Assembly (NCBI RefSeq): GCF_009834535.1
Contig: NC_045729.1
Coordinates: 16,368,001-16,432,000 of the forward strand
From: Camelus ferus
Lineage: Eukaryota
Length of the DNA: 64,000 nucleotides
Direction: 5' to 3'
Under the pieces are notes generated by a model. The model did not search any database and was not told the DNA's origin. It saw only the letters and a program-made list of their open reading frames with translations. The stretch's first letter is position 1. The number at the start of each line of letters is the position of its first letter. A program made the position numbers and the translations under genes. Of this stretch, positions 27,493 to 38,095 are shown one piece after another.

Positions 27493-30400
27493 TAAAATGG
27501 GCTGTCTTCCCTGCATCCAGGAAGCCAGCTCTACCACTCCCTGCTATGTGTCGTGCTCCAGTTCCTCATCCTCCGGCTGATGGGCCGCACGGTCACCGCC
27601 GTCTTCACTACCTTTTGCTTCCAGATGGTAAACGACGTTCCCTGGGCAGCTCAGACCACAGCCAACAGCAGCTGGGGACGGGGGAGGTCGGGGACTGTGG
27701 TGCAGAAGAAGCAGTGAGCCAGGAGATCCAATTTCCAATCCTTTCTCCCAACGACACTTAGCAGCGTGGCTTTGGGTCCCTTTCCAGAGGCCCAGGGTGT
27801 CGCATCTGCAGTCCGCAGTGGAGACACTTCAGCCACCTCAAGGATGGGGCACAGCCAGTCCTTCACAGAGGACTGTGCCATTAAGGTTCTCTGAGTCTGA
27901 CCGGACTAGTCCAGCCGTCCATGAGTGGAGTCACTTAAAGGCAAGGCAGAAAATCTGCTTAGGATGAGCTACAGGATGTAAGCATCTAAATTCCCAGTTG
28001 AGCCTTCATTTTGCTGAGGAACCTTGAGCAAGTCTCTTCCCCTTTATAGGCTCAGTTTCTAGACCAGGAGAAGGGAAAAGTGAAGGAATACAGTGGATTT
28101 CAGAGCAGGGGGAAAATAAAGAAATGGTCACGATGGTAGAATGAACACTTGCCCCTCTTCTAGGCCTACCTTCTTGCCGGATATTACTACACAGCCACCG
28201 GCACCTACGACATCAAGTGGACGATGCCACATTGTGTTCTGACCTTGAAGCTGATCGGTGAGTGGTGGGCCACTGCCTTCCCCTTTGACACCAGGCTCCT
28301 TCCATCAGACCAGAAGCCTATGCTGGGCCCTGCCCCAGGCACTCCTGGCCATGCTCAGCCCACAGGTCCCATCCTGTGTCCTCTCCCGCGACTCCACCCG
28401 CACCTTCTCTCTCTGCTCAGGTCTGGCCATCGACTACTTTGATGGAGGGAAAGATCAGGTGAGTGCCCCTCCCTCCCTCTGCAGAGAGGTGAGGGAGTTT
28501 CACCAGGGAGCAGGAGAAAGGCTGTCACCAAAGCCTGGACCCAGGGCCAGGGGCAGGGCCCTCCCCCAGTGCCCGGCCTGTGACATCTCTGCTTAGGACA
28601 GCACGGAGCCAGGACCAACCAGTCTCATTCACTGGGTCCAGCTCTTGCTCAGAGTCCAGAGGTCGGTGCCAGTGAAGCGCGGGGAAAACAGCGGCAGCCG
28701 CTGCTGAGCTACCGCGGCACCTGCTCACCTCCACGCGCACCGCCTGCTTCTGCCCATAGTATCATCCCCTCAAAGAGGCAACTATTTGAAGAACTCGGCT
28801 CAGCGGGGCACAAAGATGGGGGACCCCAAGACTGGCTCTTGAGGGGAGATTCAAGACTATCGTGCACCCTTCTTCTCTTCTCGGCATAGAATTCCTTGTC
28901 CTCTGAGCAACAGAAATATGCAATACGGGGTGTCCCTTCCTTGCTGGAAGTTGCTGGTTTCTCCTACTTCTATGGGGCCTTCTTGGTGGGGCCCCAGTTC
29001 TCGATGAACCACTACATGAAGCTGGTGCAGGGACAGCTGACTGACACACCAGGGAGGATACCAAACAGGTAACTGCCCCCTTCCATCCAGACCTCTGTGT
29101 AGGCGTCTCACCCGATACAAAGCCACTTCTAAAGTGACTTCTGAAGGCCAGCCCAGCATTCTCCAGCCTGGGCGGCCCACGGGCCTGTGACGGGCACTCA
29201 GTACCTGCTCCCTGCAGGCAGCAGGCCCCCTGCAGCTTGGGTCCCCTCCAGCCATCCTTTCCAACCCCCTGGTACAAACATAAAAATTCACTTTTATGCC
29301 ATAGGATTTTGCCTGACCCAGTCAATTCCTGGCCTTTAAAAATCCACTTTCCCAGTTTAAAAAATATTAAGTATATCAAAATCTCTATAAATATATATTA
29401 CATTAGAAAATTAGTAAGTTACCAGGAAAATCCCTTTGCTGAGAACTTGTCCAGCCTGTGTTTGAGCATCGGTTCAACCAGGAGAGGAAGCAGCAGATCC
29501 AAAACTGGTCCTTCTCATTTCTGCATTGGGTTTTCAGTCCCGATGGAGACCAAGCACACTGTTGGGAGCACGAGGCCCACAGGCCTGAGGGGCAAGCACC
29601 ACAGACTCCCCCGTTTGGCTCCCCACCAGCCCGGGAACTCATAGGGTTTGCACCTTCCGTTCCTCACCCCAACCCTGAGCCTGAGTGCAGGCCTGGGGCA
29701 GCGGGTGGAGGGCCACCCTCTGCCACGCCCCTCCGTCATGCCAGGCGGAGCGCATCGTGACCCCGCTTGTTCCTTTCCAGCACCATACCTGCTCTCAAGC
29801 GCCTGGGTCTGGGCCTTGTCTACCTAGTGGGCTACACCCTGCTCAGCCCCCACATCACAGAAGACTATTTCCTCACTGACGACTATGAAGTGAGTGGTCC
29901 CCGAATAGCAGCAGTGTGACTGCGCCAGAGAAAGTGGACAGGCCAGGGCCCCCGTAGATAGCCGCGAAGTGGGTAACACCACCTACAAATGCATGTTGAT
30001 TTTGCTCTAGATCTGAGAGTTGGTGTCAGTGCCAGCCGGGCCAGGACACGTTCATCAGCCAGGACTGAACGACCTTCGCGGGCACAGGGCTGTGCCAGGT
30101 GCCCTTCAGCACCCCGACCTGCCCCCAGCCACTCCGAGCTCGCTTCTTACAGCCAGGCGACTCCACGGAGCACGGCGGCTCGAGTCCTCTCCAGCCCAGA
30201 CAGATGGAGCTCTAGGAGCTCAGGACCTGGGGAGGGGGAATGCTGGCTTGGGCTCCGTCCCAGCTCTGGGGAAGTCGGTCTTCAGCTGACGTTGAACATG
30301 GATATTGAAGTCCCCCAGCACTAGTGTCCCAGGTGCCCAGTGCTTTAGGAGAGGAGTTGAGGACAGCACTGTTTCTGGGATTCTTTGAGGGGGCTCCCTG

Positions 30401-32014
30401 CTCGCTCCCCATGGCCTGTTACCAACACCAAGCAGCTGAGTGGACTGTCAGGTGGACATGAAATAGTCACCGCGTGCGTGAGGAGGGACACGCGGGAACC
30501 ATCCTGGCCCAGTGGTGTCCCTAATGTACGCTGCTCCCTTTTTTCTAGAACCATGACTTCTGGTTCCGCTGCATGTACATGCTGATCTGGGGCAAGTTTG
30601 TGCTGTACAAATATGTCACCTGTTGGCTGGTCACGGTAAGGAGAAAAGATGAACCAGGGTCCCATATGGACAAGCTGCGGGGCACAGTGGGGGCGAGCTG
30701 TGGGGATGCTCACAGAGCCATCGCCCCCTCAGGAAGGAGTGTGCATCCTCACGGGGCTGGGCTTCAATGACTTTGACGAGAACAGAAAGGCCAAGTGGGA
30801 CGCCTGCGCCAACATGAAGGTGTGGCTCTTTGAAACAAACCCCCGCTTCACTGGCACCATCGCCTCTTTCAACATCAACACGAACGCCTGGGTGGCCCGG
30901 TAAGCACGGGGGTGGGGGAGCAGAGAGGCAGCAGTCACTTCTGTGTCTTCACCCACTTTGGTGAAGACTTTGGGTGGGACTTCCGGTCACTCTCACACCC
31001 ATACCCGCTTAACTTTTGTCCCCAACCCCAAAACCCCACAAAACCCATTCCTGTCATATTTGAAAAACAAAAGCAAGACATAAATGGCCTCGAGTCCTGG
31101 GTTTTCACCCCAGTTCTGCTGCCTGTCTTCCACCCTCCAGGGCCCCATTCACGAACATTCCTAGTCCCACCCCCAGAGCAGACGCGGTGAGGGCAGAGGG
31201 CCAGCCTCAGCGCCAGGCACTCAGGTGGTCCCTGGCTGAGCCGTAGGTCTGTTTTGTCTAAACCAGGACTGGTTCACTTCACTGCCTCTCATTCTGAAGT
31301 TGATCGGAGGGCACTGCCTCCCCTCTCCCAGGGCGAGCAGTTGCTACCTCTGCACCCCCCAGGGCACCGGGACGGACAGGTCTGAGGTCCTTCCCCACCC
31401 TTCTCTCTAGTTACATCTTTAAACGACTCAAGTTCCTGGGAAGTAAAGAACTGTCCCAGGGTCTCTCGTTGCTGTTCCTGGCCCTCTGGCATGGCCTCCA
31501 CTCAGGGTACCTGGTCTGCTTCCAGATGGAATTCCTCATTGTTATCGTGGAAAGACAGGTAAGCCGGAAGGGTGGCGGGTGAAAGGGGCCTGAGAAGAGG
31601 TGATACTGAGGCCGCTGCCCTTCCTCCACAGGCTGCCAGCCTGATTCGAGACAGCCCGGCCCTGAGCAGGCTGGCTTCCGTCACTGTCCTGCAGCCCTTC
31701 TTCTACCTGGTGCAGCAGACCATCCACTGGCTCTTCATGGGGTACTCGATGACTGCCTTCTCCCTATTCACGTGGGACAAGTGGCTCAAGGTGAGTGACG
31801 GCGTGCCAGCCAGGATGGGAGGGAACCACTGAAAGCTCGGGCAGTAAGGGCTGTTCCAGGCCCTCTGTCTACCTCAGTGGCCTGTGTCTCTCCACAGGTG
31901 TATAAATCCATCTATTTCCTTGGCCACGTTCTCTTCTTGAGTCTACTATTCATACTGCCTTATGTTCGCAAAGTAATGGTGCCGAGGAAAGAGAAGTTAA
32001 AGAAGACGGAGTAA
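3327..32014 (+). CDS. LPCAT3: Lysophosphatidylcholine acyltransferase 3 (MBOAT5), whole spliced CDS span, 487 aa
   Basis: join(3327-3477,26880-26987,27521-27627,28164-28257,28421-28458,28890-29068,29781-29889,30549-30635,30733-30899,31411-31558,31632-31790,31898-32014) = 1464 nt; all introns GT-AG; MBOAT motifs FNINTN and LWHGLHSGY; C-terminal KKxx (KLKKTE*). Confidence 0.97.
4238..4410 (-). mobile_element. tRNA-derived SINE (camelid type)
   Basis: A box tagctcagtg, B box ggttcaatccc, same tail; approximate TSD ttcctcc(g/a)tgg. Confidence 0.85.
7262..7960 (+). mobile_element. LINE-2 fragment
   Basis: Pyrimidine-rich L2 body ending taaatatttgtt...gaatgaatg. Confidence 0.65.
10148..10325 (+). 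mobile_element. MER5A-like hAT-Charlie MITE
   Basis: ggaccagcagcatcagcatc...ggggcccagtgatctgtattttaacaagccc. Confidence 0.75.
12105..12248. other. Assembly gap (144 N)
   Basis: Run of N. Confidence 0.99.
12249..13110 (+). mobile_element. Old LINE-1 (L1M) 3' fragment
   Basis: L1 ORF2-end/3' UTR phrases (atgggcaaagga...agacatt, gatgtggagaaattgg, acaacatggatg). Confidence 0.8.
14412..14866. mobile_element. Solo ERV LTR
   Basis: TG...CA ends (tgtcgactgaaa...ctttaca); near-TSD tccc/tctc; internal gacagcctctccgatagcgctgaggaactgctcc resembles ERV1-type LTRs. Confidence 0.6.
19740..20205 (+). mobile_element. LINE-2 3' fragment
   Basis: Ends gatgctcaataaatatttt. Confidence 0.6.
20225..21000 (-). 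mobile_element. LINE-2 fragment
   Basis: cattcaacaaacatttttgag...aggcactgtgg, typical reverse-strand L2 end. Confidence 0.6.
22616..23120 (+). mobile_element. Old LINE-1 (L1M) 3' UTR fragment
   Basis: gaatgttcatagcagccttattc...ggaaacaacccaaa...A-rich end. Confidence 0.8.
23280..24653 (+). mobile_element. Charlie1-like hAT non-autonomous DNA transposon
   Basis: TIRs CAGCGGTTCTCA and TGAAAACCGCTG; interior matches my recollection of Charlie1a; no intact transposase. Confidence 0.75.
26880..26987 (+). CDS. LPCAT3: LPCAT3 exon 2
   Basis: ccag|GCTAC...TTCG|gtgagt; [27 protein letters not shown]. Confidence 0.96.
27462..27489 (+). repeat. A28 homopolymer
   Basis: 28 consecutive A, 31 nt upstream of LPCAT3 exon 3. 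Confidence 0.95.
27521..27627 (+). CDS. LPCAT3: LPCAT3 exon 3
   Basis: ccag|GAAGC...GATG|gtaaac; [23 protein letters not shown]. Confidence 0.96.
28164..28257 (+). CDS. LPCAT3: LPCAT3 exon 4
   Basis: ctag|GCCTAC...ATCG|gtgagt; [31 protein letters not shown]. Confidence 0.96.
28421..28458 (+). CDS. LPCAT3: LPCAT3 exon 5
   Basis: tcag|GTCTG...TCAG|gtgagt; [12 protein letters not shown]. Confidence 0.95.
28890..29068 (+). CDS. LPCAT3: LPCAT3 exon 6
   Basis: atag|AATTCC...ACAG|gtaact; [37 protein letters not shown]. Confidence 0.96.
29781..29889 (+). CDS. LPCAT3: LPCAT3 exon 7
   Basis: ccag|CACC...TGAA|gtgagt; [29 protein letters not shown]. Confidence 0.96.
30549..30635 (+). CDS. LPCAT3: LPCAT3 exon 8
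   Basis: ctag|AACC...CACG|gtaagg; [29 protein letters not shown]. Confidence 0.96.
30733..30899 (+). CDS. LPCAT3: LPCAT3 exon 9
   Basis: tcag|GAAGG...CCCG|gtaagc; [11 protein letters not shown]...[10 protein letters not shown]. Confidence 0.96.
31411..31558 (+). CDS. LPCAT3: LPCAT3 exon 10 (catalytic His)
   Basis: ctag|TTAC...ACAG|gtaagc; [10 protein letters not shown]...LWHGLHSGY. Confidence 0.96.
31632..31790 (+). CDS. LPCAT3: LPCAT3 exon 11
   Basis: acag|GCTG...CAAG|gtgagt; AASLIRDSP...TWDKWLK. Confidence 0.96.
31898..32014 (+). CDS. LPCAT3: LPCAT3 exon 12 (last coding)
   Basis: acag|GTGTAT...GAGTAA; [10 protein letters not shown]...KLKKTE*. Confidence 0.96.
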   Translation: MYKSIYFLGHVLFLSLLFILPYVRKVMVPRKEKLKKTE

Positions 32015-32258
32015 TCTATTTCCCTGGTAAGCAAACATCCCTACAGCTAAGCTGCAACTACAGACTGGGGGGGATTGGTGGGGGGTGGGGTTAGTATTGG
32101 AAATGTGGGGTGAACCGCAAGGTGGCCTGGCTTCTAGGAAACCCAGTAAGGGGCACTGACTGCTCTAACTTGGACAAGCCAGGAGAAAACTGGAGGGACC
32201 ACAGACCAGCAACCAGGAGCAGCACCTCTGACCAGCCTTCCCGCATCCCCTCTTGCAG

Positions 32259-32650
32259 GTGGCCTAGAGCAGGACTGGTGCGGAAACGCCTCCCTTGTCA
32301 CAGCACTCCTTGACCCCAGAGCACAGAGGACACAGAAGCCAGGGAGTGGGGAGATGTGGCTCCCCCAGCCGTGCCTCTGCTGCCAGCCACGTCTCCATTT
32401 GGGGCCAAAGGGGAAACTCTCGTGGGAGGAGTAGAGGGGCCCACGTCTCCCCTCTGGGCTCCCCCATGCACGTTGCCTTATCTCTCCCCCTCCAGCCAGG
32501 AACCTGTTGTGTTTTCTTCTGCCAATTTACTATGATTGTATATGTGCCGCTACCTCCACCCCCCATGGGGGGAGGGGAGGGGCAAGGCCCCGCCTGCTCC
32601 ACTTTTCTACCTTGGACTGTACCAGATAAAATCACTTAAGTTTGTTCAGT
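32259..32650 (+). other. LPCAT3: LPCAT3 non-coding terminal exon (3' UTR); 3' end approximate
   Basis: Donor CTG|gtaagc after 32026 (12 nt past the stop); acceptor tcttgcag| before 32259; GATAAA at 32625-32630 followed by a U/GU-rich tract. Confidence 0.7.
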
Positions 32651-33014
32651 TTTTCACTGCTAGCACTTCTGCGCCTTTCTTTCAGACACAGCCCTCTACG
32701 CTTGCCGCGGCTGAAATAATCAGGGCTCTCCTTTACAGCACAAGCAAAGTTGGGCCAGGTGCAAACTGCCAACAGTGTAACCTCACATGTCTCTCTGAGG
32801 TGAGCGGAACGACCAGGTCACATACTGCTATGCAGGAACCCCCAAAGGACAACAGGGTTGCAAGAACAGCATTTATAGGAAAAACAGCAGGTGTACAGCC
32901 CCAACTCCCGCACACCCCGGCCTCGGTGCAGGAAGGCGCCCTCCCGGCAGTCCGCTGAGAACAGGGTTAGGGAAGCAATGTCCACAGTCTCTGTTTCAGG
33001 ACAAGGTCCGACTG

Positions 33015-33128
33015 TCAGATGACCCCCCACACTTCTTCAAAGGCTGTGGTGAGTTTTGCACAGGTGAGGGCAGCAGAAAGCGGGTAGTTGCTGATGGACA
33101 CCATCTTCTCCGTGTACTCCACATCCAC
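33015..33128 (-). CDS. EMG1: EMG1 exon 6
   Basis: [37 protein letters not shown]. Confidence 0.96.
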   Translation of the reverse strand: MDVEYTEKMVSISNYPLSAALTCAKLTTAFEEVWGVI

Positions 33129-36100
33129 CTGAGGGGAGAGCAGTCTGTCAGCTGGCTGTCACTGTCATGGGCTCAGCCCTTCTTTAGGGCAGGAAAACTG
33201 CCAGTTCATGGTGCTGTTTAATACCAGTTTTGACCACGACAAACAGGCCAGCATTCCTCAAAGATGCGCCCTGTGGCAGGAGATGGAACCCCCATGTGTC
33301 CGCAGCTTTGTTCCTATCCTGTTTCCCAACTTACAAGGACAAGGATCGTCAAAATGCTAAGTGCTCTAGGAATCCTGTACTAGGCTTCAGCTCCGTGAAG
33401 AACCTAGAGCTGGGCCCAGACCTTACCTTGCCATGGGCAAAGGCCCCCACCACAAAGACGACAGGGTCGCTGCTGGGCACCAGCTCGCGGACATCACTGA
33501 CCACCGGGGTGGAAAAAGAAGTGCCAATTTTCATACATCCAACTGGGAAGTGATCTGACACTGGATTCTTAATCACCTAGAGAAAAAAAGAAAAATCAGC
33601 CCCAGAAGCAGTCTTAGAACCCTCCCTCCAACCAACAGGTGGAACAGCTCACCTTCAAGAGCTTCTGGGGGCCGTCAGCTGCTCGAACGCTGAGTTTGTG
33701 TAAAAGCTGAACTAGGACGGAAAAAAGAGTTCAGAGCGGGGTGGTGACCCCACTTCTGCCCAGTCATTTAGCCAGAAAAGCCCTCTGGTAAGGTCGGCTC
33801 CTCGTGTCCTGTGTCCACACTACTCCTAAAAATGTTATGAATGAGCAGCTGTCAAGCATGTGGGCTCCCCTCCCTTCTCCTCAGCCAGGAGCCCCCATGC
33901 AGGCTGTACCCAGGCGCGTGGGAAGAAAGTGCAGACCCCCGCGCTGGGATCAGTCACATGGGCCCCTCTTAAAAATTCCACATTTCTCCCTTGTCCTCTT
34001 CCTCCCTGCTCTACTACTCCCAAGTCTAAGTCCCAAGGCTTCTCACCCATGAGACCACAAAAGCGGTCAAAGGTCCTGGGAATTCGTGTCTGGGGGTTCA
34101 CTTCAATCAGCACATTCTTCTGCGTGTGGACATAGACCTGCAGCAAGCCAGCCCGGTTCAGGGGACTGTCCATCAGCATCAGTAAACTCTGAGGGAGGCA
34201 GAAATCCAGGTATGGTTACAACTGAAGAGAAGTCACACACAGCTGCCTCACCACCCACCCAGAGGCACAGGGGCCTGAGCTCTGTCCCCGGACTTACCTG
34301 GTGAGCTATGTCTGGTCTCACTTCCCCAGGGTCCCGCCCGTTCTTCAACAGCATGGACTTGTGCTTGTCACAGTTGAGCAGCTCATATGTCTTCCCCACC
34401 TGGAGACCAGGGAACAAGATCGGGAGCAGCATAAGCTGCTTTTGCCTGGAACAGTGTTTCTCACTGTGGTCCCCATACTGGCAGCATCTGGAAACCTGTC
34501 AGTCAGTCACATTCTCAGGCCCACTCCAGACTAGCTAGATCAGACTCTCGGGGTGAAGCCCTGCAAATCTCCAGGGAATTACTGTGTGGCCACGTCCTCC
34601 CCCCAACAACCCCACCACCAATAACTGATCTTGGAGGGAAAAGGGAGGAAGGGTGCAGCCTGTGATTCCACACAATCTAAACTGAATTTAATTTTAAAAC
34701 CTGTAGGTATTAGGCAAAGCCAGTGAGGGATTCTGGAACCAGGTAGAAATAAGGTTAGTGAACAAGGCTGAATGCTTGTTTATCACAAGAGCATTATGTA
34801 TACACTCAGCAAAATGTACACAGTCACTATCCTCAGTTTGCTTATAACAAACACAAAGTGAAGAGCTGCAAATCTGAACAGGAAGAAGTGTGAAAATTCT
34901 AATGATACAAGACTACATACATCTAACGATGTACTTTAATCAAAGGATACTCTCAGAAATAAAGAAGAAGGGTTATTCCAGTTTTAAGGCATGTGAGCAA
35001 CAGCTAAAAAAAATAAATTGCAAATTGAAGCCCTAGGGAGCATTCAGGTGGTCAGCAAAAAGTTTAAAAAACATACCATTAACAGGGGAAGGAAATAGCT
35101 CAGTGGTAGAGTGTCACAAGGTCCTACATTCAATCCCCAGTACCTCCATTTAAAAATAAACTCACATTAAAAAAAAAAAAAAACATTAAGTACAAATACA
35201 GGTTTTGAAAGGCTGAGTTTTTATATATCAATACAACATCTCTATGTCTGGCATCATCTTGAACTATGACTCCAAAAATGTTTCAGGAAGAGGCATACAG
35301 ATTTTGAAATTAACTGAGTAACTAAAATAACAAGAATGTCACAGAGAGTAAGAAAAAAGTACCAAGAACTAAGTCCACAGGACACTCTTAGTTACAGAAG
35401 AAAAAGAACCTCTTGAATAGAAGAATCTAGTTTCTACCCATTAGTAAGTTATAACCAGGGTTTTGTTCTTTTAATGGGATAAAATAGAAAACATCAGAGT
35501 ACTTCAAATGCAGCCATACTAAGCAAGTAAAAGCTTATGAAACTTGGTTTCATATAGTTAAGTATGTGTACTGGCTCACAATGTAATTTTTTTATAGTGG
35601 GCTGTGGTTAATAAGCTTGAAAACACTAATTAGAATAGTCAGAATGAATACCACATGTATTCTGTAATAGGTACCGGAGACATAAGAATTTTTAAAATCT
35701 TATTCTCTGTCCTCATTATAGCCTTCTAGTGGAAGAGACAAATTAAACAACCACATGAATATTTAATTCAAAGTGTGATAAACATGAAGGAGAACTAAAT
35801 GGTCCGTTAAAGGATTATAATAAGAGGACTTGATTTATACCAGAAAGGGAGTCATTTCTATAAAGGAGTAACCTAATAACTGAAGAATGAGCAGCATAAT
35901 AGACTCTATAATTGTTAAATGAATACACATTAAGTAGGAATTAATGAAACAAAGAGCTGAGTAAAGGGCTCCTCCAGTTAGAGAACATTATGTGCAATGG
36001 ACTTAAGATACGAGAACTTAGTGCTTGCAAAGAGCTTAAAGAAGGCCAGTGAGGCGAGCATAAAGAGTAAATGGAGAGAGCAGGCCCAGATGAGGCTGGG

Positions 36101-37586
36101 AGAAGCAAGAGGTACCAGCACAAGGAAAGCAAAAGGTAACAGTACATAAGATTTCAACCAGCTATGAATTCCATCATCCTTGAAGTGGAATTACCATTAA
36201 TGACAACCTGGCCTAATTTATTCCAGAGCATGCTCCAGGAACTTTAACTTGGCCATGACCTTTTCAACTTTTTAATAAGTAACCTGAATCAATAATAGTA
36301 ACTACTGACTCCAAGTGACAGATGTTATTCTAAACCCTTTACATATATTAAATCCATTAATCCTCCCAACAACCCAGTAAAATAGGTACTACTATCTCGA
36401 CAGAACACATGCGGAAACAAAGTGGTTAAGTGACACACGGAATTAACAGGCTGGAAAGACAGCAGGCAATTAACTGCGAGATGAATATAAGAACCTATAG
36501 TTAGGTTAGAAATACCAATTACACAAGAAAATGAAAAGAAACCTGATTGGCTGGTCATTTAAAAAAAAAGGGTTTTCTAAACTGCAAACTTAACAAAGTG
36601 CCACAGTGATTGAGAAAGGAAAGATGGAAAAGAATCACACCTAGATTACTATGGAAATGTACTACTTTCAAAGCACTTTGATTACAATCCCCCTGTAAAG
36701 TATTAACCCCTGCTTTACCAACTGAGCACAAACTTGTTTTCTCAAGATCACACATTCCAAGTATAAGAACCAAGATTAAAATCCAGGTCTGCTTCTAAAC
36801 CAGTGCTATTTCTTCTGGCCCTACTCATTGAAGCTTAGCTCTAAATGGTAAGAGAAACAATGTTAGAAAGAATAAGAACACCGCACAAAGTTTTAAGGCT
36901 GGGAGTTGCTGGATTTATTCCGGGAAAGAGCCAAATGATAGGTAAAAATAAAGACGTAACGATGATCTGATCCAAGCAGTGTTTCGGAATGTACAGTAAT
37001 ATAAAGGAAGGTGACAGACACCCTTTAATGAATTAAAACACTAAGTCCTTACAAATAAAAGGGTGAGCAGACTCAACTACAGGAACTCCTTTTCTCCTTT
37101 GCCCAGTAAACTCGTCCTGGTATGAAGGGGGATGAAGCGACTAACGAAACCCTCTTCCCCTAGACGACTTTATATCACAGAATCCCGGTAAATCAACTGG
37201 AATCAAGGAGGTGACGGCTGCAATGGGATTCAAAGGCAAAGAAAACGAGTACTGCCAACCCAGGATGTTAAACCAAAAGACAGTCAACTAGACCCCTTTC
37301 TCCAAATGCACGTTACACCTCTCTTTGCTTTCTCCTTCTACTTTGAGCCCATCACCCGCATCCCACCAGGTCCCATCCTATTGATACACTAGTTCTCCAC
37401 CTCCTTGTCCCAAACTACCTTGACTGTCTCCAGACTGGCTCCTTCCAATACCACAATGAGCCTACGGCCTCCGCTCTTGCTTCCCGCCCCAAGTCGGGGC
37501 CGCTTGGGCACCACAGCATCCCAGCCCTCATCCTGCTCCTCCGCGCGCCGCTCACGAGGTTGGAATCCACCACTGGGCGCAGCCAT
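33015..37586 (-). CDS. EMG1: EMG1/NEP1 18S rRNA pseudouridine N1-methyltransferase (SPOUT), whole spliced CDS span, 244 aa
   Basis: complement join(37419-37586,34298-34399,34047-34188,33653-33711,33427-33576,33015-33128) = 735 nt; [36 protein letters not shown] motifs. Confidence 0.97.
33427..33576 (-). CDS. EMG1: EMG1 exon 5
   Basis: [13 protein letters not shown]...VVGAFAHGK; |gtaagg. Confidence 0.96.
33653..33711 (-). CDS. EMG1: EMG1 exon 4
   Basis: [20 protein letters not shown]; tag| and |gtgagc. Confidence 0.95.
34047..34188 (-). CDS. EMG1: EMG1 exon 3
   Basis: [19 protein letters not shown]...FCGLM; |gtgaga. Confidence 0.96.
34298..34399 (-). CDS. EMG1: EMG1 exon 2
   Basis: [14 protein letters not shown]...RPDIAHQ; cag| and |gtaagt. 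Confidence 0.96.
34452..34585 (+). mobile_element. MER5-like hAT-Charlie MITE fragment
   Basis: cagtgtttctcactgtggtcccc...ggcagcatc...ttctcaggcccactccagac. Confidence 0.6.
35085..35183 (+). mobile_element. tRNA-derived SINE, internally deleted
   Basis: tagctcagtggtagagtgt...ttcaatccccagtacctcc plus A tail. Confidence 0.8.
37419..37586 (-). CDS. EMG1: EMG1 exon 1
   Basis: aagATGG; [12 protein letters not shown]...[14 protein letters not shown]; donor AAG|gtagtt. Confidence 0.96.
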
Positions 37587-37968
37587 CTTGCAACCGGACC
37601 GGAAATTGTGCAAACATCCTGAAATTAGGACCGCCCGCTCGCCCCAATCGCAAACTTCCTTCCGTCCGCCATTTTGAAAGTGGGCGCTCGGAAATGGCGA
37701 CGGCTCGCTGTCTTGCGCTCCCGAAGCCTCTCCGGGAGGGCAGGGTTCCAGAAAGGGGCGGGAACTTCCGGATGCGCGGTTCCTGTGCGCCAAGCTCGGG
37801 TCCGCCGTGGGCGGGGGGGAGGGTTTAGAAGGGAGGGCACTTCCGGTGCCCTTTCTCCCGCGAGCACCTGGGGCCCGGACCCTCGTGTGCGAGCCCTAAG
37901 CTGGAGCGCCGCAGAGGCGGGCTGGCACCCCTTTGTGACCGCTGGTGCCGCCGGCCTCAGGATCGGAC
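37587..37968. promoter_or_regulatory. EMG1/PHB2 bidirectional CpG promoter
   Basis: 382 bp between head-to-head ATGs; YY1-type CCGCCATTTT at 37666-37675; several ETS/GABP CCGGAA/TTCCGG cores. Confidence 0.85.
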
Positions 37969-38095
37969 ATGGCCCAGAACCTGAAGGACTTAGCGGGAAG
38001 GCTGCCCTCCGGGCCCCGGGGCATGGGCACAGCGCTGAAGCTGCTGCTGGGGGCCGGCGCCGTGGCCTACGGCGTCCGCGAGTCCGTGTTCACCG
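37969..38095 (+). CDS. PHB2: PHB2 exon 1
   Basis: [10 protein letters not shown]...VRESVFT; CCG|gtgagc. Confidence 0.96.

Noticed and set aside
28762-29379. 205-aa and 144-aa antisense ORFs over LPCAT3 exon 6
   Set aside because: Shadow frames of a real exon; no independent evidence.
32559-32572. CCCCCCATGGGGGG palindrome in the LPCAT3 3' UTR
   Set aside because: Only a 5-6 bp homopolymer stem; no known element class.
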